Below are positions 9,141 through 17,754 of a stretch of 62,248 nt of DNA, in pieces. A program made the position numbers and the translations under genes. The stretch is from Actinomycetota bacterium. Its GTDB lineage: Bacteria; Actinomycetota; Actinomycetes; Actinomycetales; Micrococcaceae. The stretch covers positions 1 to 62,248 of the forward strand of contig JBKPBZ010000028.1 in the NCBI GenBank assembly GCA_046727115.1. The letters are read 5' to 3'. Position 1 is the stretch's first letter; each line of letters opens with the position of its first letter. The notes beneath the pieces were generated by a model. That model made no database searches, was not told where the DNA came from, and saw only the letters and a program-made list of their open reading frames with translations.

Positions 9141-9524
9141 CTACCCCCGCACTTTGGGCCGCGGCTGGGTGCAGTTCAGGGCGTGATCCAGCCCGCATGC
9201 ATGGCAGGGCCGATACGGGTTGTCCGCTGTCGTGTCGCTGCCGGCGCACCCGCAGGCGGGCAGCAGACAGCCATCGACCGGGGTGACCCACCACCGGCGC
9301 CCACACCACGGGCAGCGGGACCGGCCACCATTCACCGTCCCGGGCGGGGCCGGGGTCGCCATGAAATCGAAGAAGGCCTCCAACTGCCGGCGCAACACCA
9401 GCTCGTCCTCATCGAACGGATACGACGTCTCGTTCCACATGATGGCGTCCAGCTCAGCCACCGTGAACGGGCCGTGGAAGTAGCGCTGGTGGGCGACCTG
9501 CTCGACCAGCTGGCAGATGAGCAT
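9141..9524 (-). CDS. Cys-rich hypothetical protein
   Basis: ATG at 9524; CPWC, CGC, CHAC motifs. Confidence 0.65.
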   Translation of the reverse strand: MLICQLVEQVAHQRYFHGPFTVAELDAIMWNETSYPFDEDELVLRRQLEAFFDFMATPAPPGTVNGGRSRCPWCGRRWWVTPVDGCLLPACGCAGSDTTADNPYRPCHACGLDHALNCTQPRPKVRG

Positions 9525-10183
9525 CAGACCGGGTCCCCGTGGACCGGGCAGTGGGGATCTTCGTAGCCGAGGGCGATGGTGCAGGTGCAGGCCGGCGCGA
9601 CAGTCATGCCGCGGGCCTCCGCCCACTCAGCCGTGGCCTCGCTGATGCCTAACGGCCGGACGGCCACCGCCTGGGCCGCAGACGATGCCGGCCAGGTCGG
9701 CAGCATCCGCCACTCAGCATCCAGGCGGTTCAGGGCCTCAGCTACGTACGGACCCCACCCTGGGTCCACGGTGCCGATCAGGACGTCATCGCAATAGATC
9801 GTCCGGTCACCGAGGGTCCGGCCGTACCGGAACCGGGCAGATTGACCAGTGGTGGGCGGTTCAGCCCTCGGGATGGGCGGCACATCCCTGGTCATGTTGT
9901 CCAGCTGATCGGCAGCCCTCAATGCACCCTGCACAAACACCTCCGCCAGATCAACGATGGCGGTCGGCCCCATGGCCTCCAGTTCTGCGGCCTCAGGGAC
10001 CCCGAACAGGAACCCTGGCTGCTCAGCAGGGCCGGTGCGGTCGAGACGCAGCGCGGCGGTGAGCTGGCCACTGGGACTGACCACGTCACCGACGCTGGCC
10101 CGCCAGGCATGCCCGGGATCGCGGTCACGTAACAGCTGGTGGATGGCATCCAGTAGGCCGGGGTAGTCGCGTTCGGTCACCAT
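9524..10183 (-). CDS. Hypothetical protein
   Basis: Coupled ORF; C-terminal CTC...CPVH. Confidence 0.65.
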   Translation of the reverse strand: MVTERDYPGLLDAIHQLLRDRDPGHAWRASVGDVVSPSGQLTAALRLDRTGPAEQPGFLFGVPEAAELEAMGPTAIVDLAEVFVQGALRAADQLDNMTRDVPPIPRAEPPTTGQSARFRYGRTLGDRTIYCDDVLIGTVDPGWGPYVAEALNRLDAEWRMLPTWPASSAAQAVAVRPLGISEATAEWAEARGMTVAPACTCTIALGYEDPHCPVHGDPV

Positions 10184-10635
10184 GATCCGACATCCATCCC
10201 GGCAGCGTGGGCACGGCTGCGCAGCCAATCGGCGGCCGCCCCTGCCACTGTGATGCCCACAGCGGCCCCCAGGATGCCCCAGGCGACGATCCTGGCCATC
10301 CCCCGGGGGGAACGGGTGTAGAACGCCGGTAGGGGCCGTGGGGCCGTGCTGGGGGTCCCGTAGACCTGCTGCAGGAGTAGATCGGCCTCGTCGTCGCCGA
10401 TGTGCGGCGCGAACCGGGACGTCACGATCGCCCCGCCCTGCTCAGCCTGGAACGCGTGCCGGCGGCAGACTGGAACGGTGTGGTCGGGTGTGTGGGCGTC
10501 CAGGAACGCGATCCGGCCGCACAGCCCGATGCCCTCGTCAGCCAGCCAGCCGCAGCGTGTGGCAGGCCCACCCTCCTCGGGTGGGACATGGGCGGGCCGG
10601 CGGCCGTCGCGCATCGCCCGGGTGCGGTCGCCCAT
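10177..10635 (-). CDS. Hypothetical protein with Cys/His motif and C-terminal transmembrane segment
   Basis: Coupled ORF; hydrophobic C-terminus. Confidence 0.6.
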   Translation of the reverse strand: MGDRTRAMRDGRRPAHVPPEEGGPATRCGWLADEGIGLCGRIAFLDAHTPDHTVPVCRRHAFQAEQGGAIVTSRFAPHIGDDEADLLLQQVYGTPSTAPRPLPAFYTRSPRGMARIVAWGILGAAVGITVAGAAADWLRSRAHAAGMDVGSW

Positions 10636-10874
10636 CAGGACGCCGCCCGTTCGATCGTGATGTGCAGGAGATCGCCGACGGTCGGGACACCCCCGCGGTC
10701 AGGATGCGCCCAGTAGCCCAGCTCAACGCCAGTCTGGTTGCCGTCGGCGTCATAGCTGTGGGCGGTGATCCGCACGCTGCCGCTGCCGATGCTGGTACCG
10801 ATCATCGACGCCCTGGCCTCATCCACCATCAGGGTCACGCCCTCGGCGTTGCTGCTGATCATGACGGCTGCCAC
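10635..10874 (-). CDS. Hypothetical protein
   Basis: Coupled small ORF. Confidence 0.6.
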   Translation of the reverse strand: MAAVMISSNAEGVTLMVDEARASMIGTSIGSGSVRITAHSYDADGNQTGVELGYWAHPDRGGVPTVGDLLHITIERAAS

Positions 10875-11128
10875 CGATCGGCCATAGCTCGGCCGTCGGG
10901 GCAGTAGATGTGCCCGCCCCGGGCCTCACGGCCGGTGGTGACGCGGTACCAGGCCCACGACCCGACCAGCAGCGCTCCCAGGGACGCTGTCAGGGCGGCC
11001 GGCACCGTGACGAACACGGCGGCCACCACAGCGACGACGACCAGGGCGATGGCGGCGCGGGCCAGGAACCGGCGCATCCGGTGGTCCCGGGACCGGACCT
11101 TGATGGTGATGACGACGCCGCGCATCAC
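10859..11128 (-). CDS. Small membrane protein
   Basis: Two hydrophobic segments. Confidence 0.6.
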   Translation of the reverse strand: MMRGVVITIKVRSRDHRMRRFLARAAIALVVVAVVAAVFVTVPAALTASLGALLVGSWAWYRVTTGREARGGHIYCPDGRAMADRWQPS

Positions 11129-11280
11129 GACTTCCCGGTGATGTGGCCGGGGTGCATGTTGACCGAGCCTCCGGCGGCCCAGATTTCCTGATCTGTGACG
11201 TTCCGGATCTCCGTCATTTGGCCGCGGGGCTGGTTGTTGTCGCCGTTATTTCGGGGCTGATTGTGCTGGTGGGAGGGCAT
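11125..11280 (-). CDS. 51-aa hypothetical protein (not in the ORF track)
   Basis: MPSHQHNQPRNNGDNNQPRGQMTEIRNVTDQEIWAAGGSVNMHPGHITGKS; TGATG coupling; downstream of the motif promoter at 11321-11336. Confidence 0.55.
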   Translation of the reverse strand: MPSHQHNQPRNNGDNNQPRGQMTEIRNVTDQEIWAAGGSVNMHPGHITGKS

Positions 11281-11320
11281 GTTTCTGTGCTTTCGGGTTG
11301 GGGTTTGGGTGGTGGTGGGG

Positions 11321-11336
11321 ATGTTACTGGGGTTAC
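11321..11336 (-). promoter_or_regulatory. Motif variant GTTACTGGGGTTAC with -10 TAACAT
   Basis: Motif family member; intergenic. Confidence 0.6.
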
Positions 11337-11376
11337 GGGGGCCGATGGGGGTGGCGGCCGGCCCCCGGTGGTGGGG

Positions 11377-11760
11377 TCAGGGTTCGGTGAAGGGGCAGGT
11401 GTCGTAGTAGATGCTGCTGGATCGGGCGATGTATGGGGGGTCGACCTGGCGGTAGGCCTGCCAGCAGGCCTGTCGGCCGGTGTCGGTGCGGTGGGCCTGG
11501 CAGTCGTAGATGACGACGTTGGGGTAGAGGGCTGCGGCCCATGAGTGGTCGATGCTGTAGGCGCTGTTGGGGCGGGTGTACGCGCAGGACCACAGGCTGT
11601 AGTTGTCGAAGTTGTGGAGGGCGCGGGTGCCGGCGGCTGGGGTGGTGGGGTGGTCGGCGACCTGGGTGTGGGTGGTGTCGGCGTGGACGGGTGTCGGGTC
11701 AGCGGTGACCGTGAGCGCGAGGCCGATGGTCAACGCCAGGACAGCTATCAGTCGTTTCAT
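11377..11760 (-). CDS. Secreted Cys-containing protein
   Basis: Signal peptide MKRLIAVLALTIGLALTVTA...VHA; four Cys; GGAG RBS. Confidence 0.7.
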   Translation of the reverse strand: MKRLIAVLALTIGLALTVTADPTPVHADTTHTQVADHPTTPAAGTRALHNFDNYSLWSCAYTRPNSAYSIDHSWAAALYPNVVIYDCQAHRTDTGRQACWQAYRQVDPPYIARSSSIYYDTCPFTEP

Positions 11761-11795
11761 GTGTTCTCCCTTGTTGTCGGTTTCGATCGTGCCGC

Positions 11796-12335
11796 TCACG
11801 TCGGCTCCTGGGTGCTGTCGGCCGTACCCTCAGCCCGCCACTCGTCGGCTGGCTGGAAGTCGACGTTGAGCGCGTTGGCGCACTCCCTGTCCTCGTCTCG
11901 GTCGCCGACGAACAGCGCCATGTACGGCGGGTAGATCTCGCCTGAGTGCTGTTCGGCGAGTGACAGCACGGTTTCGATGGCGAGACCGGGGCGGGGCTTG
12001 CGGCACCAACAGCGGGCCATCTCGGGATGCTCGGCGTCGGGGTGGTGCTGGCAGAAGGCGATGCGGTCGAAGAGTCCGGCGCATTGGCGCTGGGTTTCCA
12101 CCATGGCTGCTGCGACCCGGGCGAACGGTACGAGTCCGAGGGCGATGCCGCCCTGGTTCGAGACGCCGATGATGCGGCCGCCGGCCCGCTTCCAGAGCCG
12201 CATCCGTTCGACGGCTTCGGGGAACACGACGACGTCCTCGGGGCCGTTCACGAACCGGCCGAGCTCGTCGTCCTTGCCTTGACGAACGGTGCCGTCGATG
12301 TCCAGGTACAGCACGGGCACGGCGCGCTCACCCAC
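11796..12335 (-). CDS. HAD-IIIA phosphatase (GmhB/HisB-like)
   Basis: DIDGT, SNQGG, CQHHP...CWCRKPRPG, VGDRDED motifs. Confidence 0.85.
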   Translation of the reverse strand: MGERAVPVLYLDIDGTVRQGKDDELGRFVNGPEDVVVFPEAVERMRLWKRAGGRIIGVSNQGGIALGLVPFARVAAAMVETQRQCAGLFDRIAFCQHHPDAEHPEMARCWCRKPRPGLAIETVLSLAEQHSGEIYPPYMALFVGDRDEDRECANALNVDFQPADEWRAEGTADSTQEPT

Positions 12336-12618
12336 GGTCGGCCGTCCCCTCAGCGAGCACCACGGCCACGAGGGTGCCGGGCGGGACGTCGAGGTTGAAG
12401 CACTTGAAGCTGAGGTCTTCCCAGCCGGGCATGTCGGTGAAGGGCAGCGTCTCGCCTTCCCGCAGCACCTTCGGTTGCGTCTCGGCGAGTAGGGCCATCA
12501 CGGCGTCAGCCAGCCGGTCGCAGTCCATGTCGCTCAGGCTGTCGGCGTAGTAGCCCGAGCGCTGGATCCCGCACTCGTACAGGGCATCCGACACCTGCTC
12601 TCGGGTGGGTCCGCTCAT
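12328..12618 (-). CDS. Hypothetical protein
   Basis: Coupled ORF. Confidence 0.65.
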   Translation of the reverse strand: MSGPTREQVSDALYECGIQRSGYYADSLSDMDCDRLADAVMALLAETQPKVLREGETLPFTDMPGWEDLSFKCFNLDVPPGTLVAVVLAEGTADRG

Positions 12619-12851
12619 GACGGACCGCCCTCTCCCCCAGCGGGGTCAGCGGACGGGCGGTGGCCGAGGGGTCGGGCCTCGTGGAATTCGATGTCGCCAC
12701 GCAGCACGCACTCGACGCCCCGGCCGCCCCGCGCGATCGAGGAGACGCGGTGCAGCTCGTCGTGGTTGTCCACTGAGCGCTGGCAGTGCGAGCAGCGGCC
12801 AGAGAGCGACACGTCGGCGTCGTCGTAGACCAGGAGCGAGCGGTCCATCAC
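12615..12851 (-). CDS. Small CxxC protein
   Basis: CSHC; coupled ORF. Confidence 0.6.
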   Translation of the reverse strand: MMDRSLLVYDDADVSLSGRCSHCQRSVDNHDELHRVSSIARGGRGVECVLRGDIEFHEARPLGHRPSADPAGGEGGPS

Positions 12852-13192
12852 GTGTCCGTCTCCGGGGTCCCAGCCGGCGAGGGGCCGGCGATGTAGGCGG
12901 TAGGTGCTTCCCTAGCGGCCCGGATGCGGGCCTGATCCGAGCTGATCATCTTGCGCCGGACCCGTTCCTGCGCTTCCGGCGACAGGTGCGCTTCCGGGAC
13001 CTCCTGTGATGGCCGGAAGTCGAAGCCGCTCTCCAACGGCTCGCCTGGTGGGGTGGGGGTGGGGGTGGGGGTGGGGGTGGGGTCGTCGGCGGTGGTCATG
13101 GCTGCCATCAGGCGGGCACGGCGGATCGGGGAGTTGTAGTCGTCGTCCATGCGGCGGCAGATCGCCAGGGCCTCGCCCAGCGTGACGGCCAT
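12848..13192 (-). CDS. Hypothetical protein with a (PT)n linker
   Basis: Coupled ORF containing a hexamer tandem repeat. Confidence 0.6.
   Translation of the reverse strand: MAVTLGEALAICRRMDDDYNSPIRRARLMAAMTTADDPTPTPTPTPTPPGEPLESGFDFRPSQEVPEAHLSPEAQERVRRKMISSDQARIRAAREAPTAYIAGPSPAGTPETDT
13047..13083. repeat. (GGGGGT)n tandem repeat encoding PTPTPT
   Basis: About five to six hexamer units visible. Confidence 0.85.
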
Positions 13193-13380
13193 CAGCGTCG
13201 CCCCAGCGGGATAGCGGCGTGTTGGCCGCGGCGCACGGCTGGGCGCCCGCAGACGGGGCAGTCCGGCCGGCGCCCCGTGGCCGGTGCTGTCCAGCCACGG
13301 GCATCAGCCGTACAGACCCACGTGTTCACCATCGTGAACTCGTTCCCTCCGTCAGTGGTGCCGCCCAGGCATTCGTCCAT
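13192..13380 (-). CDS. Small Zn-ribbon-like protein
   Basis: WVC...CPVCG. Confidence 0.55.
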   Translation of the reverse strand: MDECLGGTTDGGNEFTMVNTWVCTADARGWTAPATGRRPDCPVCGRPAVRRGQHAAIPLGRR

Positions 13381-13396
13381 GCGCCACCAGGCCGAT

Positions 13397-14002
13397 CTAC
13401 GCCCGGGCGCGGCCGGCGAGGACAGCGCGTTCCAGTTCGGTCAGGTCCCACACCGCCATCACGGCCCACAGGTCACCGCGGATGTGGCGGAGGAGGGCGG
13501 GGTCACGGGGCGGGGTCAACGTCCACCTCTCGACCTCCCACAGGATGTGGAAGCGGCCGAGGCGGGGGCGGCGCGGCCGGTGCTCGGGCGGCACCATGGG
13601 GACCAGGGTCTGGGCGCGCCACTGCCGGTTCGTGATCGAACGTGGGGCCGAGACGTTGACCTGGACACGGTGCAGGCCCACCTGGGCGTGGCCACGGTCG
13701 AACTGCTCAGCACAGAACGTGATGCCCCAGCTGCCGCGGTCGCCGGTCCAGCCGTCGGTGCGGACCCAGCATTGGGTGGCGTCGGCGCGGACGACCGCCA
13801 GGCGGGGCAGGCCGTTCGGGAACCAGCCACCGGCCTCGATGGTCTGGGACATGGAGATGACGGGGAGGCCCCGGGCGACGGCCCGGTAGCCGGCGGCGAT
13901 CGCCGCGTCCTCGGCGTTGCGGTCGTGGCGCAGCGACTCCTCATAGATAGCCAGCCGTGCGGCCGCCTCGTCCGGGTCGATGTCCAGGGTGGCGAGGTCC
14001 AT
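13397..14002 (-). CDS. Hypothetical phage protein
   Basis: GAGGAG RBS; C-terminal DPALLRHIRGDLWAVMAVWDLTELE looks conserved. Confidence 0.8.
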   Translation of the reverse strand: MDLATLDIDPDEAAARLAIYEESLRHDRNAEDAAIAAGYRAVARGLPVISMSQTIEAGGWFPNGLPRLAVVRADATQCWVRTDGWTGDRGSWGITFCAEQFDRGHAQVGLHRVQVNVSAPRSITNRQWRAQTLVPMVPPEHRPRRPRLGRFHILWEVERWTLTPPRDPALLRHIRGDLWAVMAVWDLTELERAVLAGRARA

Positions 14003-14014
14003 GGGTGATGCTCC

Positions 14015-14323
14015 TCAGTCGGTGTTGAAGATGGCGGCCAGGGCGTGCCCGGCGGCAGCGGATCGAGGGTGGTTGGGGCAGCGGGGCCAGTGGCGGCCGA
14101 TGCGCGCCTGATCGCGGGGGCAGCCGCAGGGGGCCAGGCCAACCTGGGCGGTCGCTGCATCCATATCGGCGGCCACCCGGTCGACGGTGCGGTGGTAGAC
14201 GGCGATGGCGTCGGCCAGGGTGCGGTCACAGCTGGCGATCAGACCCAGCGCTGTGGCGATGCTGTCGCCGAGGGCGAGGGCGATGTCGTCGTCGGTCGGG
14301 CGGCGGTGGTCGGTGGCGGTCAT
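14015..14323 (-). CDS. Hypothetical protein with C-terminal Cys/His motif
   Basis: ATGA coupling; CGC...HWPRC. Confidence 0.6.
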   Translation of the reverse strand: MTATDHRRPTDDDIALALGDSIATALGLIASCDRTLADAIAVYHRTVDRVAADMDAATAQVGLAPCGCPRDQARIGRHWPRCPNHPRSAAAGHALAAIFNTD

Positions 14324-14511
14324 CGGTCGCTGGTCGTGACGACTTCGGGGCATGTCTGGGTGTCGTGGCCGGTGATGGCGCGCAGGGTGCCGACGGCCAG
14401 GACGGCGGCGACAGCGACCGCGATGACACCGACGATGGCGAGCATGAACGACCCCACGCCGTCCTCGTCGTCGCGTTTACGTGCAGCGTCCTGGTCGGTG
14501 TGGGATGTCAT
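14320..14511 (-). CDS. Small membrane protein
   Basis: MTSHTDQD...; single transmembrane segment; coupled. Confidence 0.6.
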   Translation of the reverse strand: MTSHTDQDAARKRDDEDGVGSFMLAIVGVIAVAVAAVLAVGTLRAITGHDTQTCPEVVTTSDR

Positions 14512-14909
14512 GACGGTGCCCCGATGATCTCCAACTCCCTGGTGTCCGGGGGTTGGGGGCCGCAGAACGGGGCCGGCGGGTCCTCGAACGGTGCCGGGAA
14601 CAGGGTGGTGCCCCATGGGCGGGTGGTGACCGGCCGCTGCCACGGCGACGCGACAGGGGTGAGGGTGCGGTACATCTGCTCACCGGGCGGGGTCGTGACC
14701 ACCCAGTTGCCCCAGGCGCCACCGAACGCCGGGCTGGCGCAGCGGCCGCGGCGGGCGCGGGCGGCAGCTAGCTGCCCGCCGATGGGCCGCTGTATGGCCG
14801 CTGGGGCGTCCTGGGTGATGTCGATGATGGCGCACCACACCAGGGCGCCTGCGATGCACCACAGGGCCACCAGGATGGGGATCAGGGCCTGCTGTAGGTC
14901 GCTGCTCAC
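14508..14909 (-). CDS. Membrane-anchored hypothetical protein
   Basis: N-terminal transmembrane segment; GTGA coupling. Confidence 0.55.
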   Translation of the reverse strand: MSSDLQQALIPILVALWCIAGALVWCAIIDITQDAPAAIQRPIGGQLAAARARRGRCASPAFGGAWGNWVVTTPPGEQMYRTLTPVASPWQRPVTTRPWGTTLFPAPFEDPPAPFCGPQPPDTRELEIIGAPS

Positions 14910-15064
14910 TGCAGATCCTCCGTGATGGTCGCGAAGATGAGGGCCACGATGATCATGGCCACGATGACCCCGATGGCCGGATAGGTGGCGATGACGGCGG
15001 TGACAGCCGACACCATGGGGCTGATGACCTGCTGGATCACGTAGCGGATCAGGTCGGGGATCAT
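14906..15064 (-). CDS. 52-aa membrane protein (not in the ORF track)
   Basis: MIPDLIRYVIQQVISPMVSAVTAVIATYPAIGVIVAMIIVALIFATITEDLQ; coupled at both ends. Confidence 0.65.
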   Translation of the reverse strand: MIPDLIRYVIQQVISPMVSAVTAVIATYPAIGVIVAMIIVALIFATITEDLQ

Positions 15065-15615
15065 GTCGGTGCCCCCTGGCGTGGCAGTTGCTCGCTGAGA
15101 TTGTCGATGCGGGACAGGTGCCCGTCGATCCGTCCCTCGGGGTTCGTCAGGGTGCTGGCGTACAGCATGGCCTCGATGATCAGTCCCAGCTCGGACAGCA
15201 TTTCAGACACCGTCCGGTCGCCGGTGTGGTCGTAGGCCTGGGTGACCAGATGCGCGACCTCGGCCAGCATGATGCCGACGTGGCGGGACAGTGCCAGTTC
15301 GGCCAGGGCGGCGGCGGCCGGGTCGGGTTCGCCGTCGCCGCGGATGACCTGCAGCTCAGCCGCGCGTTCACGTAGCCGGGTGCGCTGCCGGTCCAGGTCC
15401 GGGTCCTCCGGGTAGTAGCCGGTGGTCGCTGCCAGCAGATCCTGGAAGCAGCGGGCCTGGGGTGCGGTGAGTGACACCTCGGCGCCCTGTGGACTGGTGG
15501 CCACGGCATCCGCGTTGCATTGGATCGAACGGACGCGGTCGGTGCCAGCTGCGTAGACGCGGACCTGCCGGTGATAGCGGCTGATCGTCACCCAGATGGT
15601 GTCGGTGCTAACCAT
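15061..15615 (-). CDS. Hypothetical protein
   Basis: Coupled ORF. Confidence 0.65.
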   Translation of the reverse strand: MVSTDTIWVTISRYHRQVRVYAAGTDRVRSIQCNADAVATSPQGAEVSLTAPQARCFQDLLAATTGYYPEDPDLDRQRTRLRERAAELQVIRGDGEPDPAAAALAELALSRHVGIMLAEVAHLVTQAYDHTGDRTVSEMLSELGLIIEAMLYASTLTNPEGRIDGHLSRIDNLSEQLPRQGAPT

Positions 15616-16072
15616 TACCGGCCCTCACGCGATCGGCCGCGGCCTTCAACCGGGCGGTGCGGGCGGGGCTAGCGACGTCGTTGTGGGTGTCGGTGTAGCT
15701 GCATCTGCCGCAGCAGGCGCGCCCCTCGGCGAATATCAGCTCGTCACAGGTGTGGATGTCGGTGCGGCAGTTGGTGCAGGCGATGGCGGTGCCGGGTGCG
15801 GCGATATAGCCGACGGGGGCCGGCAGGGCCGGACTGGGCCGTAGAGCGGCACGGCCCAGCGCGGCGGTCATCATCATGGCCAGCTTGTCCAGCCGTTCAG
15901 CCCTGGTCCCCTCCGTAGTGTCGTCGGGCACCAGGTGGTGCTGGATGTCGCGGAGGAGTTGGAGGGCGGCAGCCAGATCGGCAGCCTCGGTAGTGGTCAG
16001 CAGGTCGCCCAGGGCCTTGGCCCGGTCGTAGTCCGGTGTCTCGGTGAACGCCTCGAACGGGGTGGTGCCCAT
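15608..16072 (-). CDS. Hypothetical protein with C-terminal Cys cluster
   Basis: ATG at 16072 (TGATG); CTNC...C...CCGRC. Confidence 0.65.
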   Translation of the reverse strand: MGTTPFEAFTETPDYDRAKALGDLLTTTEAADLAAALQLLRDIQHHLVPDDTTEGTRAERLDKLAMMMTAALGRAALRPSPALPAPVGYIAAPGTAIACTNCRTDIHTCDELIFAEGRACCGRCSYTDTHNDVASPARTARLKAAADRVRAGNG

Positions 16073-16269
16073 CAGGTGTAGGTCCCTGTGGTGCGCAGCG
16101 GGGCGGTGCCCGGCCGGCGACGGGTCCTGGTGCCCTCGGTCCGCAGCTCGGTGACCGGCATGATCTTGTCGCCGGACGTGGTGCGGATGCGGGCATGGGT
16201 CTTGCCCATCGACAACACCTCGACGTTGACAGCCATGGTGTCGGTGATGTTCCAGATGGCGGTACGCAT
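16072..16269 (-). CDS. Small hypothetical protein
   Basis: GGGAGG RBS; first gene after a motif promoter. Confidence 0.7.
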   Translation of the reverse strand: MRTAIWNITDTMAVNVEVLSMGKTHARIRTTSGDKIMPVTELRTEGTRTRRRPGTAPLRTTGTYT

Positions 16270-16306
16270 GGGTAGTGCGCCTCCCTCGGGTTAGGGGTAG
16301 ACCCCA

Positions 16307-16346
16307 ACCGTACCGCGCTAACGCAGGGGTGCGCAACCGCGCTAAC
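16307..16346 (-). promoter_or_regulatory. Tandem motif copies (16310-16322, 16335-16346); -10 TACGGT
   Basis: GTACCGCGCTAAC and AACCGCGCTAAC; the second copy contains the terminase stop codon. Confidence 0.7.
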
Positions 16347-17754
16347 CCACCGATCTGTCAGCCCATCCCTTGGCGTAATCGGCCATGGGGACGGTGAGAT
16401 CAGGCATCAGGAACGTGGCCGCCCACACCAGGGCGTCCATGCGATCGGGGGAATCGGGGTCCAGGGGGGTCCAGAAGCACTGCTGTTCCTCTAGCTGCGG
16501 GAACACGCCGACATGGTGGCAGCGGCCCTGGCCGGCGTCGTAGAGCATGGCGACGGGTTCGGCACGCACCCGCTTACCACGGCTGGCCCGTACCTCCTCC
16601 ACCGGGATGTTGGTGGCCTGCACGTGGATGATGTCGGGGACCAGCGCGGCCCCAAAGTTGACCTCGGCAACCACGCAGTCGGCCTCGTGGTAGTTGTAGG
16701 CGTCGATCACGACCTTGGACCACACCTCGGGCCGCAGCGCACACGACAGGTCGTCCAGGACGTAGATGTGCTGGCGGCCCCGGGCGTCGGGTTCGCGGGC
16801 CAGGCCGACCACGACGATGCCGCATTCGTCACGGCCGTCGCTGCCGGATGGGTCGACACCGATGACGACGCGGGACAGGGGCGGGACGTCGGCCGGGTGG
16901 TTGACGCGCCAGCGGTGGATGATGTCGGCCGTCCACAGGGCGCCCTCTACCGAGTCGATGACCTCCCCGTAAATCTCCTGGGCTGCCAGGCGCGTGCCGC
17001 CGTAGCGGCCCACGACAGCCTGGATGAACTCGGGCGGCAGGTTGGCGCGGTTGTCGAGGAGAGATCCGCGGCTGATGGCAGTGGGGCCATGCTTGCTGGC
17101 CAGCAGGTCGCGGATGACAGGGACCGGTTTGGGGGTGGTGGTGACGACGGCCTGGGGGATCATTCCCGGCGGGCATTCACCGCGCAGCGCCAGCTCAGCG
17201 TTCGTGAATACGGTGTTGCCGACGCTGTCCACCTTGTGCTTCCACGCCGCTGTCTCGTCCATCCACAGGGTGTTGAAGTTCCGGCCGCGGGGTCCCTCGG
17301 GTTCGAGGGCGGTGTGGACCTCGAACTGGGTGATGTGTTCCTGCCCGTCGACCATGATGCCTAGGGATGGTTCGAGGGTTGAGGCTGCGCCGATCCAGCG
17401 GTGGCCCCGGCGGCGGACCACCTCGCGTAGGCCGCTGATGCCGCCGATCTGCAGGGCCTTGACGTCGTCGTTGTTCTGGCCGATCAGGCCGACCAGGTGG
17501 GTCATGCCGGCGATGGCGAACGCCTCGGATCTGTCGATGACCCATTCGGCGCCGGTCCGGTTCTTGCCCCACCCGCGGCCGGTGACGATGACCCACCAGC
17601 GCCAGGCCCAGTCGGGGGCCAGCTGTTCGGGGCGGGCACGGACAGCCCAGCTGCGCCACAGCGCCTCCAGTTCGTCCTCGCTGTAGCCGGCGAGGATCGC
17701 ATCGACGTCCTCGACCGGTAGCTCAGCCCACTGTTCGATCAGGCTTTGGCCCAC
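16342..17754 (-). CDS. terL: Terminase large subunit
   Basis: ARPEQ, Walker A GRGWGKN, Walker B WMDE, TTTP, RNase H-like GVDPS and SPDRMDA. Confidence 0.93.
   Translation of the reverse strand: MGQSLIEQWAELPVEDVDAILAGYSEDELEALWRSWAVRARPEQLAPDWAWRWWVIVTGRGWGKNRTGAEWVIDRSEAFAIAGMTHLVGLIGQNNDDVKALQIGGISGLREVVRRRGHRWIGAASTLEPSLGIMVDGQEHITQFEVHTALEPEGPRGRNFNTLWMDETAAWKHKVDSVGNTVFTNAELALRGECPPGMIPQAVVTTTPKPVPVIRDLLASKHGPTAISRGSLLDNRANLPPEFIQAVVGRYGGTRLAAQEIYGEVIDSVEGALWTADIIHRWRVNHPADVPPLSRVVIGVDPSGSDGRDECGIVVVGLAREPDARGRQHIYVLDDLSCALRPEVWSKVVIDAYNYHEADCVVAEVNFGAALVPDIIHVQATNIPVEEVRASRGKRVRAEPVAMLYDAGQGRCHHVGVFPQLEEQQCFWTPLDPDSPDRMDALVWAATFLMPDLTVPMADYAKGWADRSVG

Noticed and set aside
11200-11340. 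G/T-skewed, lower-GC stretch as an origin or foreign insert
   Set aside because: Explained by a motif promoter, an A/C-rich leader and a 51-aa Asn/Gln-rich ORF on the minus strand
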